Of a DNA stretch of 15,783 nucleotides, positions 14,794 through 15,783 are shown piece after piece. Position 1 is the stretch's first letter; each line of letters begins with the position of its first letter. The notes under the pieces were generated by a model. That model did not search any database and was not told the DNA's origin. It was given only the letters and a program-made list of their open reading frames with translations. The stretch spans positions 1-15,783 of the forward strand of contig JAEOTX010000235.1 of the NCBI GenBank assembly GCA_016839605.1, written 5' to 3'. The stretch is from Candidatus Thorarchaeota archaeon. Lineage in GTDB: Archaea; Asgardarchaeota; Thorarchaeia; Thorarchaeales; Thorarchaeaceae. The position numbers and the translations under genes were made by a program.

Positions 14794-15783
14794 TTATCTT
14801 GAATCTCCAGTCATATATCTTAGAAGTCCCTGTTTCTCCGCTCGCCTCACTGTACCGACATGACACTGAACCGTACACTGTCTACAGCCTGAGTAGCAGG
14901 TTGGATAATTACCACCGTAGACATCCCCCGAGGTCCAGTTGTGGTTATACGCGCTGAACCTGTGGTCCCTTGTGGTAGGAGCCTTGAAGAGCGCCCAGTC
15001 GGGAACATAGTCCAAGTGTGGATTTCGCTGCTTCTCTCCCTTCATGTACCGAGTGGGAGTCTGAAGGACGAGCGGTTTCCTGTCATAGGTGGCTCCGAAA
15101 TCCCCACTCATCAAGAAGTCCTGCCGGTCCCATAACTTCTGACCCTCCTCTGTGATGTCATCGAAGTGGGATGTGACGACTCGCTGGACCCAGTATCCAC
15201 CGTACTGAAGGTAGATCTCACCAGCCTTCTCTCGCGGTCTCAGGAAGTCATCATCATCGAAGGCACAGATAGAGGAGTGGATGATCGTGCCATAGTCGAT
15301 GAGTTCCTTAGTCTGTGACTTGGATGGACGCTTCCAGAGTCTAGTAAAGACAACTGGAATGACACGCTCCCTCTTGGCTAATTCTGCCAGTTCCAACTGG
15401 ACATCCCAAGACACGCAGGGCTCACCCATCTTCCCAGAACGTATCCAGCCTATCTTCTGAGCGACCTTCCTCAGTTGAGGGACTAGGACGCCCTCATCGA
15501 GAATCATTTGGACAGGATGGGTGAAGTCAGCCTTGAGCTTCTTGCATCCGAACTTAGCATAGCATCCCCAAGGGCATCCCAGGTCGTTGTTTGTGTAGGA
15601 CCAAGGACACCCGTAGATCATATCGACTACATTCTTCTGGTTCTTGGAGTCAGCCCTGACCTCGGCATTTCTTCTCCTGAAGTGGCCGGTCTCAGGGTCC
15701 ACCCACTTCTCAGTCCTCTTCTGGAATGCTGACTTCTTGGGAGTTCCATCGAAGATATGCTGAATGTCTACCTCTGTGGTCAC
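14794..15783 (-). CDS. Cys-rich radical-SAM-like protein (SPL/DUF5131-like), probably 5'-truncated by the window edge
   Basis: GCPWSYTNNDLGCPWGCYA (Cx10Cx3C-YA), WIRSGKMGEP, PVVFTR and IIHSSI fit the strand order of a radical-SAM barrel. There is a second cluster, CYSGCRQCTVQCH (Cx3Cx2Cx3C). The frame is open at the window edge. Confidence 0.6.
   Translation of the reverse strand: MTTEVDIQHIFDGTPKKSAFQKRTEKWVDPETGHFRRRNAEVRADSKNQKNVVDMIYGCPWSYTNNDLGCPWGCYAKFGCKKLKADFTHPVQMILDEGVLVPQLRKVAQKIGWIRSGKMGEPCVSWDVQLELAELAKRERVIPVVFTRLWKRPSKSQTKELIDYGTIIHSSICAFDDDDFLRPREKAGEIYLQYGGYWVQRVVTSHFDDITEEGQKLWDRQDFLMSGDFGATYDRKPLVLQTPTRYMKGEKQRNPHLDYVPDWALFKAPTTRDHRFSAYNHNWTSGDVYGGNYPTCYSGCRQCTVQCHVGTVRRAEKQGLLRYMTGDSR
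14812..14894. repeat. Imperfect direct repeat, copy B (identical core 14873-14894)
   Basis: Partner of 11498-11580. Lies within the 3' end of the radical-SAM-like ORF. Confidence 0.95.

Larger units (their letters stand above)
8114..15783. mobile_element. Putative integrated element (provirus/ICE-like) inserted in acs; right end lies beyond the window; may be composite
   Basis: acs homology ends abruptly at ~8113 and is followed by MGE-type genes (ArdC-like polyvalent protein, PD-(D/E)XK nuclease, phage-type radical-SAM-like protein). No integrase is visible in the window. Confidence 0.75.

Noticed and set aside
11498-14894. Diversity-generating retroelement TR/VR pair
   Set aside because: Mismatches are not confined to adenines of either copy on either strand and are mostly synonymous third-position changes, the opposite of DGR mutagenesis. 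No reverse transcriptase is present in the window.
1-15783. CRISPR array, tRNA, rRNA, transposase or integrase
   Set aside because: No regularly spaced repeats, cloverleaf, rRNA-like tract or recombinase motifs were seen by eye. The other short ORFs in the track overlap better-supported genes.

Overview
The window looks archaeal (TATA-like boxes about 25-35 bp before starts, GGAGGTGA ribosome-binding sites on some genes). The gene repertoire suggests an Asgard/Thorarchaeota-like host, which is an inference. It has two parts. Bases 1 to ~8113 are host-like: a histone-deacetylase-family enzyme, a membrane-anchored PAF-AH-like hydrolase, a DUF362 surface protein, a CPBP/CAAX protease divergent from an ICMT-like methyltransferase, a TauE/SafE transporter and membrane hypotheticals. 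This part ends in an orphan 3' fragment of acetyl-CoA synthetase (acs) with its terminator-like hairpin. From ~8114 to the window edge is a putative integrated mobile element that appears to have split acs. It encodes a polyvalent ArdC-like/zincin protein, an unknown 290-aa protein, a small PD-(D/E)XK-type nuclease and a Cys-rich radical-SAM-like protein. The last 83 bp of the radical-SAM-like gene are present twice, 3314 bp apart. The copies have 12 mismatches (8 of 10 changed codons are synonymous) and a 22-bp identical core. They bracket an integrase-free cargo block: a truncated GNAT pseudogene, a secreted protein and a divergent polytopic membrane protein, with an inverted-repeat-rich intergenic region. 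This nested gene-end-duplication architecture is the main point of interest.
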